Positions 21,501 to 36,500 of a DNA stretch of 64,000 nucleotides are shown in pieces. The position numbers were made by a program, and so were the translations under genes. The stretch is from Tubulanus polymorphus (taxonomy: Eukaryota; Animalia; Nemertea). The stretch is from the NCBI RefSeq assembly GCF_964204645.1, contig NC_134036.1:3286001-3350000 (forward strand), read 5' to 3'. The notes below the pieces were generated by a model. That model saw nothing but the letters and a program-made list of their open reading frames with translations, was not told the DNA's origin and ran no database searches. Positions within the stretch are counted from its first letter, which is position 1. Each line of letters starts with the position of its first letter.

Positions 21501-24500
21501 TACCATATACTCGAATATACTCCAGGTAAAACATCTATCTGGTTTAAAGGATAACCTTACACCTTCCTTGTGGAATCAATTGTAAGGAAAATCCAGACTA
21601 CCCACATCCTCATTCGAGATCTCACTTGAGATTGTTGTAAACAATATTGATAAAACCTCAATATTCAATGTTTTATTGTATTTGAATGTATTTATAAAAG
21701 CTGATTGGTTACTGTGGCTACAGTCTTATCAAAGTTGAATAGACAAATAAAATACAATATGATACATTTTTATGATACTCTCTGCATTGTTCGAAATGAT
21801 GGAAAAACAACGTGAGATAAAGAGTAAAAAAGATTAGAAATAACATTACAAAATCATAATTATATATGAAATTGTTTAAAGCAGTTATCATTTAAAGGGG
21901 CTGATTCCTTTTCAAGGCCTTTCAATTTAGTGACTGCCTTATCTTAGGAACTTGCTTTTTGATCCGATTCAAATACATTGATAATTTAAATAGATAATTA
22001 ATAGAATACTTGAGATTTACTTAGACCTTGCATAAGTAAAAACCTTGTTGGTTAATACTATGTTTTGAATCTAAGAAGTTTAATAAACCTGTCTCTGGCC
22101 CAGGTTTAACTTGTTTCTGCTTTTAAGGATGACTGAAAACCTTGAAAAAGTAAAAACCTCGTCAAATAATACTGTGATGATTGATTGTAAGCTGATTGGT
22201 TACTGTGGTTACATTCTGAACTGTTGCATCATCGTCACTTCTCCTTCCCTTCTACTCGCGCTCTACACTATCTCGCGAATAACTCACCCCTCCTGACCAT
22301 GCAAACACGTGGCATGGACATGCTTCCTCTTCTGGAAGGAGGTTATTTTTAACTGCCAGAAAAAAACGTCCTCTTCCCTGTTGCTTTGTAAACAATATTG
22401 ATAAAACCTCTCTAGGTGACCGGTTTAACTTGTATCTGGTTTTAAGGATTACTGAAAACCTTGAAAAAGTAAAAACCTCATCGCTTAATACTTTGATGTT
22501 AAACCTGGTTCTGGCCCAGGTCTAACGTGTATCTGGTTTCTAAGGATGTCCGTAAATCTTGAAAAGTAAAAAAACCTTGTTGGTTATTACTATGATTCAA
22601 ATCTAAGAAGGTTAATGTCTTGGCTCCGGGATAAACCTATATGAAACTGACCCCTACAGGTGATTATCGATGATAATAATCGGTCGTAGAATAGAATATA
22701 AAACAGAAGAAAATTATAGATATTGATAAATACTTACGGAATTCAAACAAGAATTCCCGCATAACCTTGACCGAAGTAGAGCCCTCTCTTATTGTATCCC
22801 ATAATCAATCTGGGAACAACTTGGAGTGACCGGCACCGTCGACTGGTAGCCCAGGGGAGGCTTCCCTCTTGTAATTGTACTGTAAAATAGGAAGGACTAA
22901 AATAGGAAGGACATTCAATAAGAATACGAATAGCAATTATTTCAATAATTTGTGAAAAATTTATTTACACTTAATAATCATCATCGCTCGAAGCGCTGAA
23001 AATATAGAAATCAATTGAAATTCATTATTAGTAATCAATATAAACAACTGGTGTAAATAAAACACTTGAAAATCAGATCAATTCAGGTAAAACTTACGGA
23101 CGCCAAACGTGGCGATCTGCGCGTCGGCAGCGCCACATGCCGCGTTTTCTTTTTAGCTTTTGGCATCTAAAAGGAAAAAAAAAAGAAACTCCAGCCTGTT
23201 TACCATATACTCGAATATGCTCCAGGTAAAACATCTATCTGGTTTAAAGGATTACCTTACACCTTCCTAGTGGAATCAATTGTAAGGAAAATCCAGACTA
23301 CCCACATCCTCCTTCGAGATCTCACTTGAGATTGTTGTAAACAATATTGATAAAACCTCAATATTCAATGTTTTATTGTATTTGAATGTATTTATAAAAG
23401 CTGATTGGTTACCGTGGCTACAGTCTTATCAAAGTTGAATAGACAAATAAAATACAATATGATACATTTTTATGATACTCTCTGCATTGTTCGAAATGAT
23501 GGAAAAAGATTCGATACAAGAATTCAAATCTTAACTTGATCTACAGTCAGCCTTGAAGATCTAAAGCTCTATTCAAATCCACCAACAAATGGGCACATGT
23601 ATGTGACCGGTGGACAGTCGACCATTGTTGACCATTGCCACGGCTTCAAACTCTGAACCAGCACCTGCGGTTGGGTGCGCCAACTTTGCATTGAGAGTGC
23701 TGGTACTGACTCGAGGTGATTGCGGAGGAAATGGTACATCTGGCCTCACGGGGTAGGAGGATCAAAAATATCCTCCATCGGTGGTAACTCAGAGAGTCCG
23801 GACGACCTCATCCTCAGGAATCTCGCCCTCCTGCCGCTGCCGCTCCAAATCCTCTCGCCTCCATCTGTCGAGCTCCGCAAGCTCCCGTCGCCGAATTTCG
23901 ATCTCCACTCTTGCACGCTCTATCTCCTGCTCCAGTCTCCTCTTCGGTGCGTCCTGTTCATGGCGCGCCCTCTGCGGGGTCGAATACAGATCCACTTCGT
24001 TCTCGCTACTACTCGCGCTCTACAGCATCTCGCGGATTACCCGCCCTTCGTCACCATGCAAACGCAATACATGGACCCGCTTCCTCTTTTGGAAGGAAGT
24101 AATCCTCATCTGCAAGAAAAAAACAACGTCAGATAAAGAGTAAAAAAGATTAGAGATAACATTACAAAATCATAATTATATATGAACTGGTTTAAAGCAG
24201 TTATCATTTTAAAGGGGTGGTTCCTTTTCAAGTTCTTTCAATTTAGTGACTGTCCTATCTTGCTTTTTGATCCGATTTCATAAGAATTAATTCAGCCGTG
24301 AAACACTAGATATCAGACAATCCATTCAACAAAAAATGATTGTCCACGATTTTAGTGAATGTTTTGAGGGCTCCTGATTACAGAATAACTTTTTACACCC
24401 TCTCAAGCAACAATTTACCAATTATTATTGCTAAAAGGTCGAGTGGTCACTTCGAGTGTTTTGGCGAGGCAATGACTAATATTTTTCGCAGCCTTTGCCT

Positions 24501-27500
24501 TTGAAGATATTCGGTAGATTTTAACGCTTACCTCGTGCATATCCCCCGGAAAGGTTCTCCCTTGCAGACGGACGGAGAACCTTGAAGCCGCCGGGTGCGG
24601 CTGCCTTGGTTCACGTGGCTGTGCTGCTCCTGGTGCTGCTCCAGGTGGTGCTCCAGGTGGTCCTGGTGGTTGGGCCGAGGAGGCCGCCGAAAGAGCTTAA
24701 CAAGACAGACCACCTCGGCTGACGGACCACCCTCACAATTATCCAAAAATGGAGATACTGTAAAATAAAGAAAAATAACATCTAAAAATAACAAATGTTT
24801 CATTAGATATATTGTCCCTTCTATTTGACTGTTGAATTTGATAGGGTGTCCCTTCCTTTACCCACCTGTAGCAAAACAGGGATTTGATTTTGAAATCATG
24901 AAGTACAGATATAATCTGATAAATATTCTAGTTTTTAACAGTAGTGGAAAAAACGTTTCAAGATCAGTGGTCAACTAATCCTTCAAAAATCTCATTGTGG
25001 AATCAATTGTAGAATTTAGAATTAATCTCTTCATTTTAGTGACTGCCTTATGTTAGGAACTTGCGTTTTGATCCGATTTAAATACATTGGTAAGTTAAAT
25101 AGATAATTAATAGAATACTTGAGATTTACTTAGACCTTGCATAAGTAAAAACCTTGTTGGTTAATACTATGTTTCGAATCTAAGAACATTAAAAAACCTG
25201 TCTCTGGCCCAGGTTTAACTTGTTTCTGCTTTTAAGGATGACTGAAAACCCTGAAAAAGTAAAAACCTCGTCAAATAATACTATGATGGTTGATTGTAAG
25301 CTGATTGGTTACTGTGGTTACATTCTGAACTGCTGCATCATCGTCACTTCTTCACTTCTACTCGCGCTCTACACCATCTCGCGAATAACTCACCCCTCCT
25401 GACCGCACAAACACGTGGCATGGACATGCTTCCTCTTCTGGAACGAGGTTAATTTTTAACTGCAAGAAAAAAACGTCCTCTTCCCTGTTGCTTTGTAAAC
25501 AATATTAATAAAACCTCTCTAGGTGACAGGTTTAACTTGTATCTGGTTTTAAGGATGACTGAAAACCTTGAAAAATTAAAAACCTCATCGCTTAATACTT
25601 TGATGTTAACTGGTTTCTAAGGATGTCCGTAAATCTTGGAAAGTAAAAAAACCTTGTCGGTTATTACTATGATTCGAATCTAAGAAGGTTAATGTCTTGG
25701 CTCCGGGATAAACCTATATGAAACTGACCCCTACAGGTGATTATCGATGATAATAATTTGTTGTAGAATTGAATATAAAACAGAAGAAAATTATAAATAT
25801 TGATAAATACTTAAGGAATTCAAACAAGAATTCCCGCATAAACTCGATCGAAGTAGAGCCCTCTCTTATTGTATCCCTTAATACAATCGGGGAACAACTT
25901 CGAGTGCCCTGCGCCGTCGACTGGTAGCCCAGTGGGACTTCTCTCTTGTAATTGTACTGTCATCATCGCTCGAAGCGCTGAAAACATAGAAATCAATTGA
26001 AATTCATTATTAGTAATCAATATAAACAACTGGTGTAAATAAAACACTTGAAAATCAGATCAATTCAGGTATAACTTACGGACGCCAAACGTGGCGATCT
26101 GCACGTCGGCAGCGCCACATTCTTGGTTTTTTTTTTTTAGCTTTTGGCATCTAAAAAGTAAAAACCTCATCGCTTAATACTTTGATGTAAACCTGGTTCT
26201 GGCCCAGGTCTAACCTGTATCTGGTTTCTAAGGATGTCCGTAAATCTTGAAAAGTAAAAAAACCTTGTTGGTTATTACTATGATTCAAATCTAAGAAGGT
26301 TACTGTCTTGGCTCCGGGATAAACCTATATGAAACTGACCCCTACAGGTGATTATCGATGATAATAATCGGTCGTAGAATAGAATATAAAACAGAAGAAA
26401 ATTATAAATATTGATTAATACTTACGGAATTCAAACAAGAATTCCCGCATAACCTCGACCGAAGTAGAGCCCTCTCTTATTGCATCCCGTAATCAATCTG
26501 GGAACAACTTGGAGTGACCGGTACCGTCGACTGGTACCCCAGGGGGGGCTTCCCTCTTGTAATTGTACTGTAAAATAGGAAGGACATTCAATAAGAATAC
26601 GAATAGCAATTATTTCAATAATTTGTAAAAAATTTATTTACACTTCATAATCATCATCGCTTGTCGATTGTTCTGGAGAGCGCTGAAAACATAAAAATCA
26701 ATTGAAATTCATTATTAGTAATCAATATAAACAACTGGTGTAAATAAAACACTTGAAAATCAGATCAATTCAGGTAAAACTTACGGACGCCAAACGTGGC
26801 GATCTGCGCGTCGGCAGCGCCACATGCCTCGTTTTCTTTTTAGCTTTTGGCATCTAAAAGGAAAAAAAAAAGAAAAACTCCAGCCTGTTTACCATACTCG
26901 AATATGCTCCAGGTAAAACATCTATCTGGTTTAAAGGATTACCTTACACCTTCCTTGTGGAATCAATTGTAAGGAAAATCCAGACTACCCACATCCTCCT
27001 TCGAGATCTCACTTGAGATTGTTGTAAACAATATTGATAAAACCTCAATATTCAATGTTTTATTGTATTTGAATGTATTTATAAAAGCTGATTGGTTACT
27101 GTGGCTACAGTCTTATCAAAGTTGAATAGACAAATAGAATACAATATGATACATTTTTATGATACTCTCTGCATTGATCGAAATGATGGAAAAAGATTCA
27201 ATACAAGAATTCAAATCTAAACTTGATCTATCATTAAGCCTTGAAAATCTAAAGTTCTATTCGAATCCACCAACAGATGGGCACATGTATGTGACCGGTG
27301 GACAGTCGACCATTGTTGACCATTGCCACGGCGTCAAACTCTGAACCAGCACCTGCGGTTGGGTGCGCCAACTTTGCATTGAGAGTGCTGGTACTGACTC
27401 GAGGTGATTGCGGAGGAAATGGTACATCTGGCCTCACGGGGTAGGAGGATAAAAAATATCCTCCATCGGTGGTAACTCAGGAGAGTCCGGACAACCCTCA

Positions 27501-30500
27501 TCCTCGGGAATCTCGCCCTCCTGCCGCTGCTGCTCCAACTCCTCTCGCCTCCATCTGTCGAGCTCCGCAAGCTCTCGCCGCCGAATTTCAGCCTCCACTC
27601 TCGCACACTATATCTCCTGCTCCAGTATCCTGTTCGGTGCGTCCTGTTCATGGCGCGCCCTCTGCGGGGTCGAATACAGATCCACTTCGTTCTCGTTACT
27701 ACTCGCGCTCTACAGCATCTCGCGGATTACCCGCCATTCCTCACCGCGCAAACACAACACACGGACCCGCTTCCTCTTCTGAAAAGAGGTAATCCTCATC
27801 TGCAAGAAAAAACTGACGTGAGATAAAGAGTAAAAAAGATTAGAAATAATATTACAAAATCATAATTATATATGAAATTGTTTAAAGCAGTTATCATTTA
27901 AAAGGGCTGATTCCTTTTCAAGGCCTTTCAATTAAGTGACTGCCTTATCTTAGGAACTTGCTTTTTGATCCGATTTAAATACATTGATAATTTAAATAGA
28001 TAATTAATAGAATACTTGAGATTTACTTAGACCTCGCATAAGTAAAAACCTTGTTGGTTAATACTATGTTTTGAATCTAAGAACATTAAAAAACCTGTCT
28101 CTGGCCCAGGTTTAACTTGTTTCTGCTTTTAAGGATGACTGAAAACCCTGAAAAAGTAAAAACCTCGTCAAATAATACTATGATGGTTGATTGTAAGCTG
28201 ATTGGTTACTGTGGCTACATTCTGAACTGCTGCATCATCGTCACTTCTCCTTCACTTCTACTCGCGCTCTACACTATCTCGCGAATAACTCACCCCTCCT
28301 GACCGCACAAACACGTGGCATGGACATGCTTCCTCTTCTGGAACGAGGTTATTTTTTAACTGCAAGAAAAAAACGTCCTCTTCCCTGTTGCTTTGTAAAC
28401 AATATTAATAAAACCTCTCTAGGTGACAGGTTTAACTTGTATCTGGTTTTAAGGATTACTGAAAACCTTGAAAAAATAAAAACCTCATCGCTTAATACTT
28501 TGATGTTAAATCTGTGTCTGGCCCAGGTCTAACCTGTATCTGGTTTCTAAGGATGTCCGTAAATCTTGGAAAGTAAAAAAACCTTGTCGCTTATTACTAT
28601 GATACGAATCTAAGAAGGTTAATGTCTTGGCTCCGGGATAAACCTATATGAAACTGACCCCTACAGGTGATTATCGATGATAATAATCGGTCGTAGAATA
28701 TAATATAAAACAGAAGAAAATTATAAATATTGATAAATACTTATGGAATTCAAACAAGAATTCCCGCATAAACTCGATCGAAGTAGAGCCCTCTCTTATT
28801 GTATCCCTTAATACAATCGGGGAACAACTTCGACTGCCCTGCGCCGTCGACTGGTAGCCCGGTGGGACTTCTCTCTTGTAATTGTACTGTCATCATCGCT
28901 CGAAGCGCTGCAAATATAGAAATCAATTGAAATTCATTATTAGTAATCAATATAAACAACTGGTGTAAATAAAACACTTGAAAATCAGATCAATTCAGGT
29001 AAAACTTACAGACGCCAAACGTGGCGATCTGCGCGTCGGTGGCGCCACATTCTTTGTTTTTGTTTTTAGCTTTTGGCATCTAAAAAGAAAAAAAAAGAAA
29101 AACTCCAGCCTGTTTACCATATACTCGAATATACTCCAGGTAAAACATCTATCTGGTTTAAAGGATTACCTTACACCTTCCTTGTGGAATCAATTGTAAG
29201 GAAAATCCAGACTACCCACATCCTCATTCGAGATCTCACTTGAGATTGTTGTAAACAATATTGGTAAAACCTCAATATTCAATGTTTTATTGTATTTGAA
29301 TGTATTTATAAAAGCTGATTGGTTATTGTGGCTACAGTCTTATCAAAGTTGAAAAGACAAATAAAATACAATATTATACATTTTTATGATACTCTCTGCA
29401 TTGTTCGAAATGATGGAAAAAGATTCAATACAAGAATTCAAATCTTAACTTGATCTATCATTAAGCCTTGAAAATCTAAAGCTCTATTCGAATCCACCAA
29501 CAGATGGGCACATGTATGTGACCGGTGGACAGTCGACCATTGTTGACCATTGCCACGGCTTCAAACTCTGAACCAGCACCTGCGGTTGGGTGCGCCAACT
29601 TTGCATTGAGAGTGCTGGTACTGACTCGAGGTGATTGCGGAGGAAATGGTACATCTGGCCTCACGGGGTAGGAGGATCAAAAATATCCTCCATCGGTGGT
29701 AACTCAGAGAGTCCGGACGACCCTCATCCTCAGGAATCTCGCCCTCCTGCCGCTGCCGCTCCAAATCCTCTCGCCTCCATCTGTCGAGCTCCGCAAGCTC
29801 CCGTCGCCGAATTTCGATCTCCACTCTTGCACGCTCTATCTCCTGCTCCAGTCTCCTCTTCGGTGCGTCCTGTTCATGGCGCGCCCTCTGCGGGGTCGAA
29901 TACAGATCCACTTCGTTCTCGCTACTACTCGCGCTCTACAGCATCTCGCGGATTACCCGCCCTTCCTCACCATGCAAACGCAATACATGGACCCGCTTCC
30001 TCTTTTGGAAGGAAGTAATCCTCATCTGCAAGAAAAAAACAACGTCAGATAAAGAGTAAAAAAGATTAGAGATAACATTACAAAATCATAATTATATATG
30101 AACTGGTTTAAAGCAGTTATCATTTTAAAGGGGTGGTTCCTTTTCAAGTTCTTTCAATTTAGTGACTGTCCTATCTTGCTTTTTGATCCGATTTCATAAG
30201 AATTAATTCAGCCGTGAAACACTAGATATCAGACAATCCATTCAACAAAAAATGATTGTCCACGATTTTAGTGAATGTTTTGAGGGCTCCTGATTACAGA
30301 ATAACTTTTTACACCCTCTCAAGCAACAATTTACCAATTATTATTGCTAAAAGGTCGAGTGGTCACTTCGAGTGTTTTGGCGAGGCAATGACTAATATTT
30401 TTCGCAGCCTTTGCCTTTGAAGATATTCGGTAGATTTTAACGCTTACCTCGTGCATATCCCCTGGGAAGGTTCTCCCTTGCAGACGGACGGAGAACCTTG

Positions 30501-33500
30501 AAGCCGCCGGGTGCGGCTGCCTTGGTTCGCGCGGCTGTGCTGCTCCTGGTGCTGCTCCAGGTGGTGCTCCAGGTCGTCCTGGTGGTTGGGCCGAGGAGGC
30601 CGCCGAAAGAACTTAACAAGACAGACCACCTCGGCTGACGGACCACCCTCACAATTATCCAAAAATGGAGATACTGTAAAATAAAGAAACATCTAAAAAT
30701 AACAAATGTTTCATTAGATATATTGTCCCTTCTATTTGACTGTTGAATTTGATAGGGTGTCCCTTCCTTTACCCACCTGTAGCAAAACAGGGATTTGATT
30801 TTGAAATCATGAAGTACAGATATAATCTGATAAATATTCTAGTTTTTAACAGTAGTGGAAAAAACGTTTCAAGATCAGTGGTCAACTAATCCTTCAAAAA
30901 TCTCATTGTGGAATCAATTGTAGAATTTAGAATTAATCTCTTCATTTTAGTGACTGCCTTATGTTAGGAACTTGCGTTTTGATCCGATTTAAATACATTG
31001 GTAAGTTAAATAGATAATTAATAGAATACTTGAGATTTACTTAGACCTTGCATAAGTAAAAACCTTGTTGGTTAATACTATGTTTTGAATCTAAGAACAT
31101 TAAAAAACCTGTCTCTGGCCCAGGTTTAACTTGTTTCTGCTTTTAAGGATGACTGAAAACCTTGAAAAAGTAAAAACCTCGTCAAATAATACTATGATGG
31201 TTGATTGTAAGCTGATTGGTTACTGTGGTTACATTCTGAACTGCTGCATCATCATCACTTCTTCACTTCTACTCGCGCTCTACACCATCTCGCGAATAAC
31301 TCACCCCTCCTGACCATGCAAACACGTGGCATGGACATGCTTCCTCTTCTGAAACGAGGTTATTTTTTAACTGCAAGAAAAAAACGTCCTCTTCCCTGTT
31401 GCTTTGTAAACAATATTGATAAAACCTCTCTAGGTGACCGGTTTAACTTGTATCTGGTTTTAAGGATGACTGAAAACCTTGAAAAATTAAAAACCTCATC
31501 GCTTAATACTTTGATGTTAACTGGTTTCTAAGGATGTCCGTAAATCTTGGAAAGTAAAAAAACCTTGTCGGTTATTACTATGATTCGAATCTAAGAAGGT
31601 TAATGTCTTGGCTCCGGGATAAACCTATATGAAACTGACCCCTACAGGTGATTATCGATGATAATAATCGGTCGTAGAATAGAATATAAAACAGAAGAAA
31701 ATTATAAATATTGATAAATACTTATGGAATTCAAACAAGAATTCCCGCATAACCTCGATCGAAGTAGAGCCCTCTCTTATTGTATCCCTTAATACAATCG
31801 GGGAACAACTTCGAGTGCCCTGCGCCGTCGACTGGTAGCCCAGTGGGACTTCTCTCTTGTAATTGTACTGTCATCATCGCTCGAAGCGCTGAAAATATAG
31901 AAATCAATTGAAATTCATTATTAGTAATCAATATAAACAACTGGTGTAAATAAAACACTTGAAAATCAGATCAATTCAGGTATAACTTACGGACGCCAAA
32001 CGTGGCGATCTGCGCGTCGGCAGCGCCACATTCTTGGTTTTTTTTTTTAGCTTTTGGCATCTAAAAAGTAAAAACCTCATCGCTTAATACTTTGATGTTA
32101 AACCTGGTTCTGGCCCAGGTCTAACCTGTATCTGGTTTCTAAGGATGTCCGTAAATCTTGAAAAGTAAAAAACCTTGTTGGTTATTACTATGATTCGAAT
32201 CTAAGAAGGTTAATGTCTTGGCTCCGGGATAAACCTATATGAAACTGACCCCTACAGGTGATTATCGATGATAATAATCGGTAGTAGAATAGAATATAAA
32301 ACAGAAGAAAATTATAAATATTGATAAATACTTACGGAATTCAAACCAGAATTCCCGCATAACCTCGACCGAAGTAGAGCCCTCTCTTATTGTATCCCGT
32401 AATCAATCTGGGAACAACTTGGAGTGACCGGTACCCCAGGGGGGGCTTCCCTCTTGTAATTGTACTATAAAATAGGAAGGACATTCAATAAGAATACGAA
32501 TAGCAATTATTTCAATAATTTGTAAAAAATTTATTTACACTTCATAATCATCATCGCTTGTCGATTGTTCTGGAGAGCGCTGGAAACATAAAAATCAATT
32601 GAAATTCATTATTAGTAATCAATATAAACAACTGGTGTAAATAAAACACTTGAAAATCAGATCAATTCAGGTATAACTTACGGACGCCAAACGTGGCGAT
32701 CTGCGCGTCGGCAGCGCCACATTCTTCGTTTTCTTTTTAGCTTTTGGCATCTAAAAAGAAAAAAAAAAGAAAAACTCCAGCCTGTTTACCATATACTCGA
32801 ATATACTCCAGGTAAAACATCTATCTGGTTTAAAGGATAACCTTACACCTTCCTTGTGGAATCAATTGTAAGGAAAATCCAGACTACCCACATCCTCATT
32901 CGAGATCTCACTTGAGATTGTTGTAAACAATATTGATAAAACCTCAATATTCAATGTTTTATTGTATTTGAATGTATTTATAAAAGCTGATTGGTTACTG
33001 TGGCTACAGTCTTATCAAAGTTGAATAGACAAATAAAATACAATATGATACATTTTTATGATACTCTCTGCATTGTTCGAAATGATGGAAAAACAACGTG
33101 AGATAAAGAGTAAAAAAGATTAGAAATAACATTACAAAATCATAATTATATATGAAATTGTTTAAAGCAGTTATCATTTAAAGGGGCTGATTCCTTTTCA
33201 AGGCCTTTCAATTTAGTGACTGCCTTATCTTAGGAACTTGCTTTTTGATCCGATTCAAATACATTGATAATTTAAATAGATAATTAATAGAATACTTGAG
33301 ATTTACTTAGACCTTGCATAAGTAAAAACCTTGTTGGTTAATACTATGTTTTGAATCTAAGAAGTTTAATAAACCTGTCTCTGGCCCAGGTTTAACTTGT
33401 TTCTGCTTTTAAGGATGACTGAAAACCTTGAAAAAGTAAAAACCTCGTCAAATAATACTGTGATGATTGATTGTAAGCTGATTGGTTACTGTGGTTACAT

Positions 33501-36500
33501 TCTGAACTGTTGCATCATCGTCACTTCTCCTTCCCTTCTACTCGCGCTCTACACTATCTCGCGAATAACTCACCCCTCCTGACCATGCAAACACGTGGCA
33601 TGGACATGCTTCCTCTTCTGGAAGGAGGTTATTTTTAACTGCCAGAAAAAAACGTCCTCTTCCCTGTTGCTTTGTAAACAATATTGATAAAACCTCTCTA
33701 GGTGACCGGTTTAACTTGTATCTGGTTTTAAGGATTACTGAAAACCTTGAAAAAGTAAAAACCTCATCGCTTAATACTTTGATGTTAAACCTGGTTCTGG
33801 CCCAGGTCTAACGTGTATCTGGTTTCTAAGGATGTCCGTAAATCTTGAAAAGTAAAAAAACCTTGTTGGTTATTACTATGATTCAAATCTAAGAAGGTTA
33901 ATGTCTTGGCTCCGGGATAAACCTATATGAAACTGACCCCTACAGGTGATTATCGATGATAATAATCGGTCGTAGAATAGAATATAAAACAGAAGAAAAT
34001 TATAGATATTGATAAATACTTACGGAATTCAAACAAGAATTCCCGCATAACCTCGACCGAAGTAGAGCCCTCTCTTATTGTATCCCATAATCAATCTGGG
34101 AACAACTTGGAGTGACCGGCACCGTCGACTGGTAGCCCAGGGGAGGCTTCCCTCTTGTAATTGTACTGTAAAATAGGAAGGACTAAAATAGGAAGGACAT
34201 TCAATAAGAATACGAATAGCAATTATTTCAATAATTTGTGAAAAATTTATTTACACTTAATAATCATCATCGCTCGAAGCGCTGAAAATATAGAAATCAA
34301 TTGAAATTCATTATTAGTAATCAATATAAACAACTGGTGTAAATAAAACACTTGAAAATCAGATCAATTCAGGTAAAACTTACGGACGCCAAACGTGGCG
34401 ATCTGCGCGTCGGCAGCGCCACATGCCGCGTTTTCTTTTTAGCTTTTGGCATCTAAAAGGAAAAAAAAAAGAAACTCCAGCCTGTTTACCATATACTCGA
34501 ATATGCTCCAGGTAAAACATCTATCTGGTTTAAAGGATTACCTTACACCTTCCTAGTGGAATCAATTGTAAGGAAAATCCAGACTACCCACATCCTCCTT
34601 CGAGATCTCACTTGAGATTGTTGTAAACAATATTGATAAAACCTCAATATTCAATGTTTTATTGTATTTGAATGTATTTATAAAAGCTGATTGGTTACCG
34701 TGGCTACAGTCTTATCAAAGTTGAATAGACAAATAAAATACAATATGATACATTTTTATGATACTCTCTGCATTGTTCGAAATGATGGAAAAAGATTCGA
34801 TACAAGAATTCAAATCTTAACTTGATCTACAGTCAGCCTTGAAGATCTAAAGCTCTATTCAAATCCACCAACAAATGGGCACATGTATGTGACCGGTGGA
34901 CAGTCGACCATTGTTGACCATTGCCACGGCTTCAAACTCTGAACCAGCACCTGCGGTTGGGTGCGCCAACTTTGCATTGAGAGTGCTGGTACTGACTCGA
35001 GGTGATTGCGGAGGAAATGGTACATCTGGCCTCACGGGGTAGGAGGATCAAAAATATCCTCCATCGGTGGTAACTCAGAGAGTCCGGACGACCTCATCCT
35101 CAGGAATCTCGCCCTCCTGCCGCTGCCGCTCCAAATCCTCTCGCCTCCATCTGTCGAGCTCCGCAAGCTCCCGTCGCCGAATTTCGATCTCCACTCTTGC
35201 ACGCTCTATCTCCTGCTCCAGTCTCCTCTTCGGTGCGTCCTGTTCATGGCGCGCCCTCTGCGGGGTCGAATACAGATCCACTTCGTTCTCGCTACTACTC
35301 GCGCTCTACAGCATCTCGCGGATTACCCGCCCTTCGTCACCATGCAAACGCAATACATGGACCCGCTTCCTCTTTTGGAAGGAAGTAATCCTCATCTGCA
35401 AGAAAAAAACAACGTCAGATAAAGAGTAAAAAAGATTAGAGATAACATTACAAAATCATAATTATATATGAACTGGTTTAAAGCAGTTATCATTTTAAAG
35501 GGGTGGTTCCTTTTCAAGTTCTTTCAATTTAGTGACTGTCCTATCTTGCTTTTTGATCCGATTTCATAAGAATTAATTCAGCCGTGAAACACTAGATATC
35601 AGACAATCCATTCAACAAAAAATGATTGTCCACGATTTTAGTGAATGTTTTGAGGGCTCCTGATTACAGAATAACTTTTTACACCCTCTCAAGCAACAAT
35701 TTACCAATTATTATTGCTAAAAGGTCGAGTGGTCACTTCGAGTGTTTTGGCGAGGCAATGACTAATATTTTTCGCAGCCTTTGCCTTTGAAGATATTCGG
35801 TAGATTTTAACGCTTACCTCGTGCATATCCCCCGGAAAGGTTCTCCCTTGCAGACGGACGGAGAACCTTGAAGCCGCCGGGTGCGGCTGCCTTGGTTCAC
35901 GTGGCTGTGCTGCTCCTGGTGCTGCTCCAGGTGGTGCTCCAGGTGGTCCTGGTGGTTGGGCCGAGGAGGCCGCCGAAAGAGCTTAACAAGACAGACCACC
36001 TCGGCTGACGGACCACCCTCACAATTATCCAAAAATGGAGATACTGTAAAATAAAGAAAAATAACATCTAAAAATAACAAATGTTTCATTAGATATATTG
36101 TCCCTTCTATTTGACTGTTGAATTTGATAGGGTGTCCCTTCCTTTACCCACCTGTAGCAAAACAGGGATTTGATTTTGAAATCATGAAGTACAGATATAA
36201 TCTGATAAATATTCTAGTTTTTAACAGTAGTGGAAAAAACGTTTCAAGATCAGTGGTCAACTAATCCTTCAAAAATCTCATTGTGGAATCAATTGTAGAA
36301 TTTAGAATTAATCTCTTCATTTTAGTGACTGCCTTATGTTAGGAACTTGCGTTTTGATCCGATTTAAATACATTGGTAAGTTAAATAGATAATTAATAGA
36401 ATACTTGAGATTTACTTAGACCTTGCATAAGTAAAAACCTTGTTGGTTAATACTATGTTTCGAATCTAAGAACATTAAAAAACCTGTCTCTGGCCCAGGT

